Assembly (NCBI GenBank): GCA_965279035.1
Contig: OZ257142.1
Coordinates: 3,200,001 to 3,264,000, forward strand
DNA length: 64,000 nt
Source of the DNA: Bacteroidia bacterium
Lineage (GTDB): Bacteria > Bacteroidota > Bacteroidia > M30B66
Direction: 5' to 3'
The notes beneath the pieces were generated by a model. The model ran no database searches and was not told where the DNA came from. It saw only the letters and a list, made by a program, of their open reading frames with translations. The translations under genes were made by a program, and so were the position numbers. Position 1 is the first letter of the stretch. Each line of letters opens with the position of its first letter. Of the stretch, positions 1-10,521 are shown piece after piece.

Positions 1-174
1 GGCTTTTGCTTCATACAAAGGTTTCTTATCGAGTGCTTTTTTGTATTGCGCTACCGCATCTGAATATGCATAAGCGTCATACTTTTTATTACCCTGCTTA
101 ACAAAGTACTGTGCACCACAGCCACCCAGAATAAGTCCCAGGCTTAAGAGGAAAATTGGGTATGTCTTTTTCAT
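1..174 (-). CDS. 5' end of TPR/OmpA-family (PorE-like) lipoprotein, truncated by window edge
   Basis: Manual translation from ATG at 174: MKKTYPIFLLSLGLILGGCGAQYFVKQGNKKYDAYAYSDAVAQYKKALDKK; lipobox LGGC followed by TPR-like helix; directly downstream of PorP/SprF gene as in typical T9SS cargo-PorP-PorE triads. Confidence 0.7.
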   Translation of the reverse strand, partial: MKKTYPIFLLSLGLILGGCGAQYFVKQGNKKYDAYAYSDAVAQYKKALDKKPLYEAKA

Positions 175-197
175 AGTAGAGATCGCTTGGTAGGGCA

Positions 198-1115
198 TTA
201 GAAATATCGTGGGTTTTTAATTTTTACGAGTTTCTGCGTAAAGTCATATCCTAACATAATTTCGTGTGAACCGCCTTGATACGTACGAATAGCTGTAGTA
301 GTGTAGTCATAGGCATAACCAGCACGAAGATTAGGAGTAATGGCAAATTCGATCATTCCTACAAATGCAGCATTATATCGATAAGAAACTCCTATCCATA
401 AACGTTGATTAAATAAGAAGTGAGCATTTAGATCGACAGAAACAGGAGCTGTTGGCTCGTACTTAACTAAGAATGAAGGTTTGAAATCAACCGAGTTAGA
501 TAATTTCCAAACATATCCTCCATTCAAGTAGTAATGGCGACGAAGTCCGGCGTCTGTATTATCTTTTTTACGAGAATCAATCGCTAGAACGTTTGGAATA
601 GTTAATCCAAGATATGCACGCTCTTTATAATAATACACCCCAAAATCAAATTTAGGTGTCCAAATACTCTGGTTCCCATTTGTGTATAGAGGATCGTTGG
701 GATCAGGAATATTTTGAAGATCGGCAACATTAAACGTTTGATTTCGGATTCCAGCACGAAGTCCGAATGATAACTGACCATCTTTTTTACCGAGTCTTAT
801 CCGATAAGAATAAGCAGCAGAGATATCATTGATTTTGGTTAACCCGATATTATCGTTGGCTACCATAAATCCTAATCCCATTTTCTTATTCTTAATTGGA
901 CCGTCCACTGCCAATAAATTGGATTTGGGCGCTCCCGGAAAATTAACCCATTGGCTTCTATGGAGCACTGTGGCGCTCCAGTATGGGTGTGTACCGGCAT
1001 AAGCTGGATTCAGAAACAGTCCATTAAACATGTATTGACTGATCTGAAGCTCCTGCTGAGCAGAGCCCATCAGGGAGAAGGCCAGCATACTAATCACTGT
1101 AGCTATTCTCTTCAT
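198..1115 (-). CDS. PorP/SprF family type IX secretion system outer membrane protein
   Basis: SQYMFNGLFLNPAYAG, RSQWVNFPGAP, GYAYDYTT, GSHEIMLGY, C-terminal PRYF; start moved to ATG 1115 (MKRIATV signal peptide). Confidence 0.93.
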   Translation of the reverse strand: MKRIATVISMLAFSLMGSAQQELQISQYMFNGLFLNPAYAGTHPYWSATVLHRSQWVNFPGAPKSNLLAVDGPIKNKKMGLGFMVANDNIGLTKINDISAAYSYRIRLGKKDGQLSFGLRAGIRNQTFNVADLQNIPDPNDPLYTNGNQSIWTPKFDFGVYYYKERAYLGLTIPNVLAIDSRKKDNTDAGLRRHYYLNGGYVWKLSNSVDFKPSFLVKYEPTAPVSVDLNAHFLFNQRLWIGVSYRYNAAFVGMIEFAITPNLRAGYAYDYTTTAIRTYQGGSHEIMLGYDFTQKLVKIKNPRYF

Positions 1116-1172
1116 TTTGATTGGTTTTGGTGCTATTCGTTTTTGAAGGGTTAAGTTTCTTTTCTGCAATTA

Positions 1173-4100
1173 TTATTTTCTACGAAGGTCAATAGAACTT
1201 TTCACGTTTTCTTTTCCTTCTTTATTCAGATCTACAACTATGAAATAGGTACCATCAGGCAATTGATTGCCATCATTACTTACCCCATTCCAATCATTTG
1301 TATATCCTTTTTTACTGTAAACCAAATTACCCCAACGGTTGAATATATCAACTTGATTTTCAGTATAACCTTGAATTCCTTTGATCACATAAAAATCGTT
1401 GTAACCGTCACCATTTGGAGTAAATCCATTTGGAAGCTTAATATCATCTGGCTCTTTCACATCAATTGAACCTGTTTGAGGACAACCAAATTCGTCTGTT
1501 ACAGTTACAGTGTATGTTCCTGCAGGAATATTAACCAAGTCTTCGGTTGTTTGTCCACTTGACCATGAATATGCATAATTACCAGCTGGATCAACTGTCA
1601 AATTCACCGATCCATCAGAAGCACCTTTAATCGTTACATTGTAATCATCGAAATAAACAGGACTTGTTAATGTCAAGTTAAACGCTGGAGCAACGATAAA
1701 CGTAATACTTGCCTGAGATACACAACCATCTTGGTTAGTTGCAGTAACTGAATACGTATTAGCGCTATTGATTGTAATTGTTTGAGTATTCTCAGTAGTG
1801 TTCCAAACATAAGAAACAAAACCTAAACTAGCAGTTAAATCAACACTCTCAGGAGTATTACCACAAAGTACAGTATCAGCACTTGCAGTAATTGATAAAG
1901 GTGTTAAAGGTTTTACAGTAATTACTTGAACGGGAGAAGTAGCAGAACAACCTAGTCCATTTGAGTAAATCACTGTATAAGAACCAGCTTCAGTTACTGA
2001 TAGTGTATTACTAGTAGCTCCAGTAATAGGATTACCATTAAACAACCACTGATTTCCAGTTGCATAGCTACTTACTAGAGTAACAAATTGGTTTTCACAA
2101 ATTACAGCCGGACCATCCAATGTAATAATTGGCTGATTGGGTTGTGGAACAATAGTTACAAGAATTGAATCTGTTGCTGTACAACCACTCTCAGAAACAT
2201 TGAGAATATATTCACCTGTTGTACATGCTGATATTGCATTCTGACTTGAATTTGTTCCATCCGCTAATGTCCATTGAACTCCTGTTGTTTGAACAGCAGA
2301 AAGACTTACGCATGTTCCTTCACAAGCTGTTGTTCCATCATTTGCTATGATAGTTGCTTGAGGAAGCGGTGTAACTGTTACATCAATAGTATCAGAAGTT
2401 GCGGGACAAACACCATCAAAAGCAGTAACGTAATATGAACCAGATTCAGTGACAAGGATTTGATCAAAGTTTAGAAGTCCATTACTCCATACAACGAAAT
2501 TCCCTGTAGATGAACTTAAAACTAAACTATCTCCTTCGCAGAATGTAGTTGGACCTTGAGCAGTAATAATTGGAGCTGCGGGAGGTGTGTTTAAATTAAT
2601 CTGAACTGTATCTGTAGAAGCACATCCGTTTGCACTAAGAATATCAACACTTACTGTAACATCAGAAGTAGCAATAAAGCTAACAGAAGCTCCATCAGAA
2701 TTTCCTAAATAGATTCCAGAAGGGGACCAAACATACGTTGCTCCAACACTATTTTCAACAGAGAGGTTAACTGTGTCACCTGGACAAATCACTTGATCAT
2801 TTCCTAAACCTGCATTCACAATTGGAAGAACAGTAACTACAACAATATCAGTAGAGGTTCCACAAGAGTTTGTTCCAGTTAATGTATAAGTAGTAGTTTC
2901 AAATGGAGTACAAACCGGATTTGAAATGATTGTTCCAGATAAGTAGATAGAAGGACTCCATACATAAGTATCAGCACCTGTTCCAGTAAATTGGATTGGT
3001 GTTCCAGCACAAACAGTTGTATCTAATCCAGCATTTGTAGCAGGAAGTGGAAGAACTTCTACATCGACTGTTGCAGAGGTATCAGAACATCCAAAAGAAT
3101 TTGTTACGAAAACATAATAAGAACCAGTCGTATCAACAGTAATTGATTGATTGAATTGATCTGAGCCAGTTTGATTCCAAGTATTTCCTGTTTGAGCACT
3201 TGAAGTTAATATCACCGAACCACCTTCACAGAAAGTAAGTGAACCGCTAGCTGTAATTGTAGGTTGAGCTGGTGTAGGATTTACAACAACTGTAGCTGAG
3301 CCAACTGGAAAGTTACCAGGACAGCTAGGATCAGAATCGGAAATTAACGACACTAATGAATATGTAGTTGTTGTAGTTGGACTCACAGCGACACTAAACG
3401 TACCTGCCGAAGAAAGGGTTTCAGTTGTATTCACATTTCCATCTGAATATACGAATGTAAAAGGACCATTTCCTGTGATATCAACACTTAGCGTTAAAGG
3501 TGAACCTGAACAAATTGTATCATTACTTAAAGAAATACTTGCCGTTGGTGCATCTGTATTGATAATTGAAGTATCAGCAGTTACTGAACAAGAACCTGCA
3601 TTTACTGTAACAGTATATGTTCCTACAGGAATAGCAGTTAAATCTTCTGTTGAAGCAGAGAATGCACCTGGACCAGTCCAAGTATATGTAAACGGACCTG
3701 AATTTCCACTAACTGTTAAGTCGATAGCACCTGTAGATGAACCACAACTTGCATTTGTAACAGCAAAGGATAAAATAGGATCATCTGTATTGGTAATAGA
3801 AACAGTGATTGTTTCAGAACAATTTAATTGATCAGTAACTTGAAGTGTATAATCACCAGAAGCTAAACCAGAAATATCTTCTGTTGAAGCTGTAAAAGAT
3901 GAAGGTCCAGTCCATGAATACGTGATATTCCCTGTACCGTCTGTAATGGTTGCATCAATTGATCCTAATGATTGACCACATTGCGTATTTACTTGTGTGA
4001 ATGCAATGGAAGGAGGAAGTGTATTAGTTAATGTTGTACTATAAGCACTTGAACATCCATTGGCATCAGTTACAGTTACTGAGTAATCACCTGCACAAAG

Positions 4101-7100
4101 ATTTGTTAGTGTAGAATCAGATGCACCATTACTCCAAAGGATTGTTACTGGGTTAACTGCATCAATAATTTGTAAATCAATAGAACCATTACATAATCCA
4201 CATTTAGCATTCACTGCATTTGCAGAAAGTGATAAACCTTGAATTGAATCAATTGTGAATTCTTGAGTTACAACACAACCGTTGTTGTCAGTAACAATTA
4301 CTTCACATGTTCCTGGAGCTAATCCAGTTGCATCTTGAGTAACTTGACCATTACACCATAAATAAGTGAAAGGATTTTGACCGTTAGTTAGTGTGATATC
4401 AACTGCTCCATTATTTAAACCACAAGAAGCTGGTGTTACATTACCTTGAATTGTAAAGATAACTCCATTGGTTACTGATACTGTAACTGAATCAATACAT
4501 CCATTTAAATTATCTGTAACAACAACTTGATAATCACCTGTTGCAAGATTTGAGATGTCTTCAGTGGAAGCTGTAAATCCACCATCGCCAGTCCAAGAAA
4601 AGCTATAATCTGTAGAACTTCCAGTTAATGTAATATCAATTGCTCCATTACTTTGATTACATGCTGCAGGTGTTACTGATGACTGTATTGTAAAGCTATT
4701 GCTATTCGTAATAGTCACAGTGATTGAATCCTGACAACCAAAAACATTGTCGGTAACAACTACTTGATAATCTCCTTGAGCTAAATTGGAAATGTCTTCA
4801 GTTGAAGCTGTATAATTTGAATCACCTGTCCAAGAGTATGTAAAATCACCAGAACCATCCGTTACCGTTAAATCGATAGAACCATTACTTGAACCACAAA
4901 GAGCATTTACATGTGTTTCGCTCAATTGTGGACCATTTTGATTCTCTAAAGTGAATGGACCTGAAACTTGACAACCAGCATCATCTGTAACTGTAACAGT
5001 ATATTCACCAGCAGTTAAACCACTAAGATCTTGAGTGATTTCATTGTTAGGGGTCCAAGAATAAGTATAAGGAGAAACTCCACCTGAAACCGAAACATCA
5101 ATAGCGCCATCCGAGTTTCCACAAGAAGGTTCATTAATATCTCCAGTTAATACTGGAACACCTGTATTACTTAAAGTAACAGAATCAATTGCCTCACATC
5201 CGTTATCATCTGTTATTAGTAAGTAGTATACACCGTCAGTAAGATCTGAAATAGTTGTATCACCTGATAAAGTTCCAGTCCAAGAAATACTATAAGGTTG
5301 AACACCTCCAGTAATATGAGCTGTTATTACCCCATTATCGAGATTACAACTTGGTTGAGTGATTTCAAATTGAGCTGAAGGAGCATTTTCATTTTCAACA
5401 CAGGCTTGTGTAGTAGCCTCGCAACCATTTGCATCTACAACAGTAACAGAATAACATCCAAATGGTAAGTCGCTGATATCTTCTGTTGTAGCTGTAAATC
5501 CAAATGAATCATCCCAAGAGAAAGTGAAATTTGGAGTACCGCCTGTAACTGTCAAATCGATTGCTCCAAGAGATAAACCACACTGAGTATTTGTAACAGT
5601 AGTAGATAATGTAGGCAGATTCGGATAAGCTAAAACTGCAGTATCGAGAACAATACAACCATTACCATCAGATGCAGTTAATATATATGTACCAGGACCT
5701 AAGTCAGTCAAATTAGCAAACGATGCAAATGGATTTCCATCCAAAGTCCAATTGTATAGAATTGGATTCTGAGCATCAACTAAATTTAATGTAACACTAC
5801 CAGTATCATTATTACATGTTGGTTGAGTGATAACTAAATCAGAAGTAGGTTGAACACTTGGATTGATAGTATATTCTGCAGTTGCAACACAACCATTATC
5901 ATCGGTTAGTGTAAGTGTATAAGTACCATCACCAAGATTAAATTGATCTAATGTATTAGCAAGATTACTCCATTCAATTGTGAATGGCTCAGTTCCACCT
6001 GTTACAGTTACATCAATAATTCCGTTTACTTGACCACACGTTGTATTAGCAACAACTGCAGATAAAACAGGAGGATTTACCGGTTGAACTTCTGCTGAAC
6101 CTGAAACAATACATGTTGTAGTTAAGTCTGTAACAGTTACATCGTATTGTCCTGTTTCTAAATTAGAAAGATCTTGAGTATTTGCAGTAAATGAATTCGG
6201 TCCAGTCCAGCTATAATCATAATTATCAGAACCTCCAATTACAGTTAAATTAACTGCTCCGTCATTAGCCGTACAAGAAACTGGTGTAGTTGTAAAACTT
6301 AACTGAGGAAGATTACCATAGATAATAGAAACATTGGCTGTTGCAGTACATGTTGTATCTACTAAATCGCGAACTGTTACTGAATAACTACCAGTATCTA
6401 AACCAGCAATATCTTCAGTGATTGCCGAATTACTCCAAAGGAATTCATAGGTCCCTGAACCACCGCTTACAGTTAAATCAATCGAGCCATCTGTATTTCC
6501 GCAAGTTGCATTTATTTGAGAAGTTGAAAGTGATATCGTATTCAAAGGAGCAACCGTTGATACAACAGATGTAGAACAACTAGCAGCATCAGTAATAACA
6601 ACTGTATAGGTTCCTGATGAAAGATTGGTTACATCTTGATCTGTTGCATTTGAATTTGGTGACCATACATAAGTAAATGGTTCAGCACCACCAACGATTG
6701 AAACATCAATTGCCCCTCCGTTTGGAGATGCACAAGTTGGATTTGTAACGGTAGATGAAGCAGTAAATTGATTTGAGTTGATGATGGTAGCAGTGATAAT
6801 GACTTCACAACTATTACCATCGCGAACAGTATCTATATATGTACCGGCATCTAAACCGGAAATATCCTCAGTTGTTAAGCCATTGCTCCAATGATGCGTT
6901 ATAGAAGAAGATCCTCCATTCAAAGTAACTGTTACATCAATTGAACCGTTAGATTGTGCACACAAAGCATCTACTTGTGTAAAGGTAACAGTTGGAGCAT
7001 CTTGATTTATAACGGATGCAGAACCATTCACAACGCACGTTGTACCATTATCAGTTACTTGAACTGAATACGTATCTGCAGATAATCCTGAGATATCTTC

Positions 7101-8990
7101 TGTTACGGCATTAGTTGGAGTCCATAAATAATCAAAAGGACCAACACCACCTGTTACAGTAAGATTTACTGTACCATTCGTATTACCGCAAGTTGCATTG
7201 GTTGCAACAAGAGCAAGTTCAGGTTCGTTGGTATTTGTAATGGTGAACGTGCTATCACCTGTACAACCGTTATCATCGGTTACAGTTAAGGTGTAGCTAT
7301 TGGCAGATAAATCGGAGATGTCTTCGGTTATAGCTGAATTTGACCAACTATATGTATAAGGTAAAAGTCCACCTGAAACTGATGCGTCGATGCTACCAGT
7401 AGATTGACTACATAATGTATTTACTACTGTTCCTGAAACTGAAGGACTTTCGATTGTTGTAACAGTTGTTGTACTAGTATTTTGACAAGCTCCATCAGGA
7501 GAAGTATAAACTACAGTATATGTAGTGTTACCAGAAGCGTTTGAAATAATCCCAGTTAAGGAATTGATTGTTGCTCCATCTGAAGGGATTGGTAAAAAGC
7601 TATATGTTCCTCCACTTGCAAAACCGGTAGCTCCAACAGGAGCTAATGATGATCCACTTGAACAAAATGGAGCAATAGTGAAATCAGTAACATCTGTTGT
7701 ATTAACTGTTACAGATGTTGTGGAAGAGGCCTGACAAAAATCACCTTCAACTGTGTAACGTATTATATATGTATTAGCAATTGTTGCATTGCTAATTACA
7801 CCAGTTGCAGGATTTATTGTAGCTGCATCAACTGGAGCAACATCAAATGTATAAACACCACCAGCTAAAAATCCAGTTGCGCCAACAGGTGGTTGAGAAA
7901 CAGGACCGCAAAATGGATTGTATGAAAAAGCGGTAACAGGAGGAGGTGTAGTTTGAATTGAAACTAAACCAGAGTTCCCATTAGATCCACAATTCGTAGG
8001 GAAATTATCAGTAATACCAATCGTTTGGTAAAATCCTGGTTGACTTGCATAAAATGTATAGACGTATGAATTTGCATTATAAGGAACGCCAACATCATTA
8101 ACAGTAATTACATCTATGCCATCGGGTGTATAGAAAATATCATAAGGAGGAATACCACCTTCGATGATTAAACCTAGTTGAGCTGAATCACCTTCACAAA
8201 TTGTAACTGTTGTATCGGAAGTTGTTACAAGAGCATTGTTTTCAAAATACCCTAAGAAAGTAAAAATGGGAGTATTTACATTGATACAAACTGGATAGGA
8301 AGAAGTCGCACAACCATTGCTTCCAGTTATTTGAGTGTAATAACATCCGCCACCTACAACACCAATAAATGGATTGGTATTAACACCTCCAGGAAACCAA
8401 AGATTGTTTTGAGCTACACTAGATGTTAAAAATGTTGTGGCAGATCCGTAACAAAAATCTGTTGGTCCATTTACCGAAACAGTCGGGATTGAAGGAGCAA
8501 CATCTACTTTAATTATGATATCAGACCCATTATCTGTTCCATTAATTGCAGGATCAGAACTAACAACACGAACACGATACCCCGTTCCAAATGGAGTTCC
8601 ATTAGGAATCTGACAATAAATTTGACCGTCAGTAACTAAACCAATAAGGCTTAATGGTGATGTTGAGATAATAGTTGGAGAAGCAAAACTTCCACTTGCA
8701 TCAGAAAGCTCAACAGTGAAATTATTATTGATTCCGTAAAAACCACCAGATGTAGTAAAATTTACAACCAAGGCTGAACCTGAACAAAGTGTTCCAGTTA
8801 CGGGTTGGGTAATCAAGGTAATTGAACCGTTTGTTTCATCCGCACTTGGTGTTGTGGTTGAAAATGAAAGAAAAGGCGAGGAATCATAATCGGAATGACC
8901 GGCTGCTGGAATAACATTCACATTCGCTGAAAGTAGCGAGTTAATTGAAATTCCAACGAAAAGTAAAGCCAGGTAAAAGCTTTTTTTCAT
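1173..8990 (-). CDS. SprB-like large surface adhesin, 2605 aa, SprB repeats and type-B T9SS C-terminal domain
   Basis: Signal peptide; 17 tandem G-x-I-D-x-T-V-x-GG...Y-x-W-S...T-E-D-I...Y-x-V-T-V-T-D-x-x-x-C repeats; C-terminal PNGFTPNGDGYND...IFNRWG...W-x-G...LPDGTYF (CHU_C/TIGR04131 type); immediately upstream of PorP. Confidence 0.9.
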   Translation of the reverse strand: MKKSFYLALLFVGISINSLLSANVNVIPAAGHSDYDSSPFLSFSTTTPSADETNGSITLITQPVTGTLCSGSALVVNFTTSGGFYGINNNFTVELSDASGSFASPTIISTSPLSLIGLVTDGQIYCQIPNGTPFGTGYRVRVVSSDPAINGTDNGSDIIIKVDVAPSIPTVSVNGPTDFCYGSATTFLTSSVAQNNLWFPGGVNTNPFIGVVGGGCYYTQITGSNGCATSSYPVCINVNTPIFTFLGYFENNALVTTSDTTVTICEGDSAQLGLIIEGGIPPYDIFYTPDGIDVITVNDVGVPYNANSYVYTFYASQPGFYQTIGITDNFPTNCGSNGNSGLVSIQTTPPPVTAFSYNPFCGPVSQPPVGATGFLAGGVYTFDVAPVDAATINPATGVISNATIANTYIIRYTVEGDFCQASSTTSVTVNTTDVTDFTIAPFCSSGSSLAPVGATGFASGGTYSFLPIPSDGATINSLTGIISNASGNTTYTVVYTSPDGACQNTSTTTVTTIESPSVSGTVVNTLCSQSTGSIDASVSGGLLPYTYSWSNSAITEDISDLSANSYTLTVTDDNGCTGDSTFTITNTNEPELALVATNATCGNTNGTVNLTVTGGVGPFDYLWTPTNAVTEDISGLSADTYSVQVTDNGTTCVVNGSASVINQDAPTVTFTQVDALCAQSNGSIDVTVTLNGGSSSITHHWSNGLTTEDISGLDAGTYIDTVRDGNSCEVIITATIINSNQFTASSTVTNPTCASPNGGAIDVSIVGGAEPFTYVWSPNSNATDQDVTNLSSGTYTVVITDAASCSTSVVSTVAPLNTISLSTSQINATCGNTDGSIDLTVSGGSGTYEFLWSNSAITEDIAGLDTGSYSVTVRDLVDTTCTATANVSIIYGNLPQLSFTTTPVSCTANDGAVNLTVIGGSDNYDYSWTGPNSFTANTQDLSNLETGQYDVTVTDLTTTCIVSGSAEVQPVNPPVLSAVVANTTCGQVNGIIDVTVTGGTEPFTIEWSNLANTLDQFNLGDGTYTLTLTDDNGCVATAEYTINPSVQPTSDLVITQPTCNNDTGSVTLNLVDAQNPILYNWTLDGNPFASFANLTDLGPGTYILTASDGNGCIVLDTAVLAYPNLPTLSTTVTNTQCGLSLGAIDLTVTGGTPNFTFSWDDSFGFTATTEDISDLPFGCYSVTVVDANGCEATTQACVENENAPSAQFEITQPSCNLDNGVITAHITGGVQPYSISWTGTLSGDTTISDLTDGVYYLLITDDNGCEAIDSVTLSNTGVPVLTGDINEPSCGNSDGAIDVSVSGGVSPYTYSWTPNNEITQDLSGLTAGEYTVTVTDDAGCQVSGPFTLENQNGPQLSETHVNALCGSSNGSIDLTVTDGSGDFTYSWTGDSNYTASTEDISNLAQGDYQVVVTDNVFGCQDSITVTITNSNSFTIQSSVTPAACNQSNGAIDITLTGSSTDYSFSWTGDGGFTASTEDISNLATGDYQVVVTDNLNGCIDSVTVSVTNGVIFTIQGNVTPASCGLNNGAVDITLTNGQNPFTYLWCNGQVTQDATGLAPGTCEVIVTDNNGCVVTQEFTIDSIQGLSLSANAVNAKCGLCNGSIDLQIIDAVNPVTILWSNGASDSTLTNLCAGDYSVTVTDANGCSSAYSTTLTNTLPPSIAFTQVNTQCGQSLGSIDATITDGTGNITYSWTGPSSFTASTEDISGLASGDYTLQVTDQLNCSETITVSITNTDDPILSFAVTNASCGSSTGAIDLTVSGNSGPFTYTWTGPGAFSASTEDLTAIPVGTYTVTVNAGSCSVTADTSIINTDAPTASISLSNDTICSGSPLTLSVDITGNGPFTFVYSDGNVNTTETLSSAGTFSVAVSPTTTTTYSLVSLISDSDPSCPGNFPVGSATVVVNPTPAQPTITASGSLTFCEGGSVILTSSAQTGNTWNQTGSDQFNQSITVDTTGSYYVFVTNSFGCSDTSATVDVEVLPLPATNAGLDTTVCAGTPIQFTGTGADTYVWSPSIYLSGTIISNPVCTPFETTTYTLTGTNSCGTSTDIVVVTVLPIVNAGLGNDQVICPGDTVNLSVENSVGATYVWSPSGIYLGNSDGASVSFIATSDVTVSVDILSANGCASTDTVQINLNTPPAAPIITAQGPTTFCEGDSLVLSSSTGNFVVWSNGLLNFDQILVTESGSYYVTAFDGVCPATSDTIDVTVTPLPQATIIANDGTTACEGTCVSLSAVQTTGVQWTLADGTNSSQNAISACTTGEYILNVSESGCTATDSILVTIVPQPNQPIITLDGPAVICENQFVTLVSSYATGNQWLFNGNPITGATSNTLSVTEAGSYTVIYSNGLGCSATSPVQVITVKPLTPLSITASADTVLCGNTPESVDLTASLGFVSYVWNTTENTQTITINSANTYSVTATNQDGCVSQASITFIVAPAFNLTLTSPVYFDDYNVTIKGASDGSVNLTVDPAGNYAYSWSSGQTTEDLVNIPAGTYTVTVTDEFGCPQTGSIDVKEPDDIKLPNGFTPNGDGYNDFYVIKGIQGYTENQVDIFNRWGNLVYSKKGYTNDWNGVSNDGNQLPDGTYFIVVDLNKEGKENVKSSIDLRRK
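3550..7430 (-). repeat. Tandem array of ~17 SprB-type Ig-like repeats (~75-80 aa each)
   Basis: Counted recurring motifs in the translation; boundaries approximate. Confidence 0.85.
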
Positions 8991-9013
8991 ACAAAGTGGG
9001 TTTATGCGACGGG

Positions 9014-9021
9014 CAAAAATA
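9014..9021 (-). promoter_or_regulatory. Bacteroidota sigma-70 -7 box (TATTTTTG) for the adhesin operon
   Basis: Matches TAnnTTTG consensus 23 nt upstream of ATG 8990. Confidence 0.55.
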
Positions 9022-9194
9022 ATCAGATTGACGAGATAAAAAAAAGATAGAACACGCCAAATTTCAGCTTTTCAGAGTTTATTAATTTTAATTGTTTGAA
9101 AGACTCTTTGAAAATGAAATTTTAGCAGTAGACAATTAGTAATAAAATGAAACATGATTTTATTCAACACATCGAATGTCAAGGGTTTGGGCAA

Positions 9195-10478
9195 TTATTT
9201 TTTTACAAATCGGATTGTAAAAATTTGACTTTCATTTTTAATACGAATTAAATACTGACCAGAATTTAATTCTGATGTGTTGAAAACCTTTGAAAAATCT
9301 TTTTGAGGAAGCAAAACAGGTCGTCCTGTTAAGTCAAAACATTCAAAAGAGAAAGGTTGATTTATTTTTTGTTTAAAATCTACATGAATTTCATCAACAC
9401 ACGGGTTTGGAAATACAGATATGCTTGAAGGTTGTGAAGAAATATATGGATCAATTTGAGTTATCAAACCTGAACGGAAATTTTCAATAACAAAATGCAT
9501 AGCTGCTACTTGCTGTTGAGTGAACATATTCAAACAGTTTTCATCAGAATAATCCATATAGTTTTCGAGCATATCAGGCAAATCATTCACATCATCGGTG
9601 CATGAATTTGTAGCATAATCGCATGTTTGTTGATTTGCAGCGGCAGCATTGGGTGTGTCTGTTAATCCATCATCAACCGTACAATCACCATCTCCCCAAA
9701 TGTGTCTTAAACCTAAATAATGTCCGATTTCATGTGAAGCAGTTCGTCCTCTATTAACAGTAGCCAAAGTTCCTGTTACATCCGGATGAGGACCGAAAAC
9801 TTCATAATGAATTACAACTCCATCCTCCTGAATTTGTTCTGCACCCGAATTAGCTGGCCAATTAGGTGCTCCATTCGGAGGAGTAGCAAATCCCAAAATA
9901 AAAGGTGTATTTACTATTGGTATCGACATGTTGCAAACCCAAAGATTGAGATATTGTCCAACGGGCCAAGCATCCTTCCCTCCTGTTAAAGAGGATTTCA
10001 TATCTGTCATACTTAACCAGAAGGAAGTTTGGTCCGTTTGAGTACGAGTAATTCCATTGGTCGGATTTCCATCAGGATCTGTTTGGGCGAGATAAAATTC
10101 AATTCCGGCATCAGCTGCAACAGGCTTAAAAATATCGCGCGTAAGCGTTGTATCTGAATTCAATCGACGGTAGTCTTGGTTTAAGACTTGAATTTGATCA
10201 AAAACTTGTTGATCAGAAATATTTTGAATTTCGTTGTTATAAAGAATATGAACCACAACTGGAATGTGTGCAATTTCTCCATTAAAACTGCGAGATGTAT
10301 TAGTAGCAAATTGTTCAATGGTTTGTTGAACTTGCTGAACTTGACTCAACCAGTTTGGATTTGAACTTCCTTTAAATTCAATGTACTGATTGAATGAACA
10401 TCGTTCTTGAGAAACTAATTGACTACTGGATAAGAATAGGAAAAACAATCCTATGATATTGGATAGAGTGTACTTCAT
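9195..10478 (-). CDS. M43 (pappalysin/ulilysin-like) zinc metalloprotease with T9SS type-A C-terminal domain
   Basis: HEIGHYLGLRH zinc motif, Met-turn NYMDYS, IPVVVHILY, C-terminal VFPNP...G-x-Y-x-I-R-I...RFVKK. Confidence 0.92.
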   Translation of the reverse strand: MKYTLSNIIGLFFLFLSSSQLVSQERCSFNQYIEFKGSSNPNWLSQVQQVQQTIEQFATNTSRSFNGEIAHIPVVVHILYNNEIQNISDQQVFDQIQVLNQDYRRLNSDTTLTRDIFKPVAADAGIEFYLAQTDPDGNPTNGITRTQTDQTSFWLSMTDMKSSLTGGKDAWPVGQYLNLWVCNMSIPIVNTPFILGFATPPNGAPNWPANSGAEQIQEDGVVIHYEVFGPHPDVTGTLATVNRGRTASHEIGHYLGLRHIWGDGDCTVDDGLTDTPNAAAANQQTCDYATNSCTDDVNDLPDMLENYMDYSDENCLNMFTQQQVAAMHFVIENFRSGLITQIDPYISSQPSSISVFPNPCVDEIHVDFKQKINQPFSFECFDLTGRPVLLPQKDFSKVFNTSELNSGQYLIRIKNESQIFTIRFVKK

Positions 10479-10521
10479 ACGGCCTTTTCAAAAAAGCAAG
10501 TTAAGAAAAGGAGAATCTCAA

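Noticed and set aside
3475-7734. Plus-strand ORFs 3475-3831 and 7525-7734 and similar antisense ORFs elsewhere (e.g. 16204-16635, 30838-31254, 52294-52596)
   Set aside because: Shadow ORFs opposite well-supported genes, explained by codon bias; no motifs
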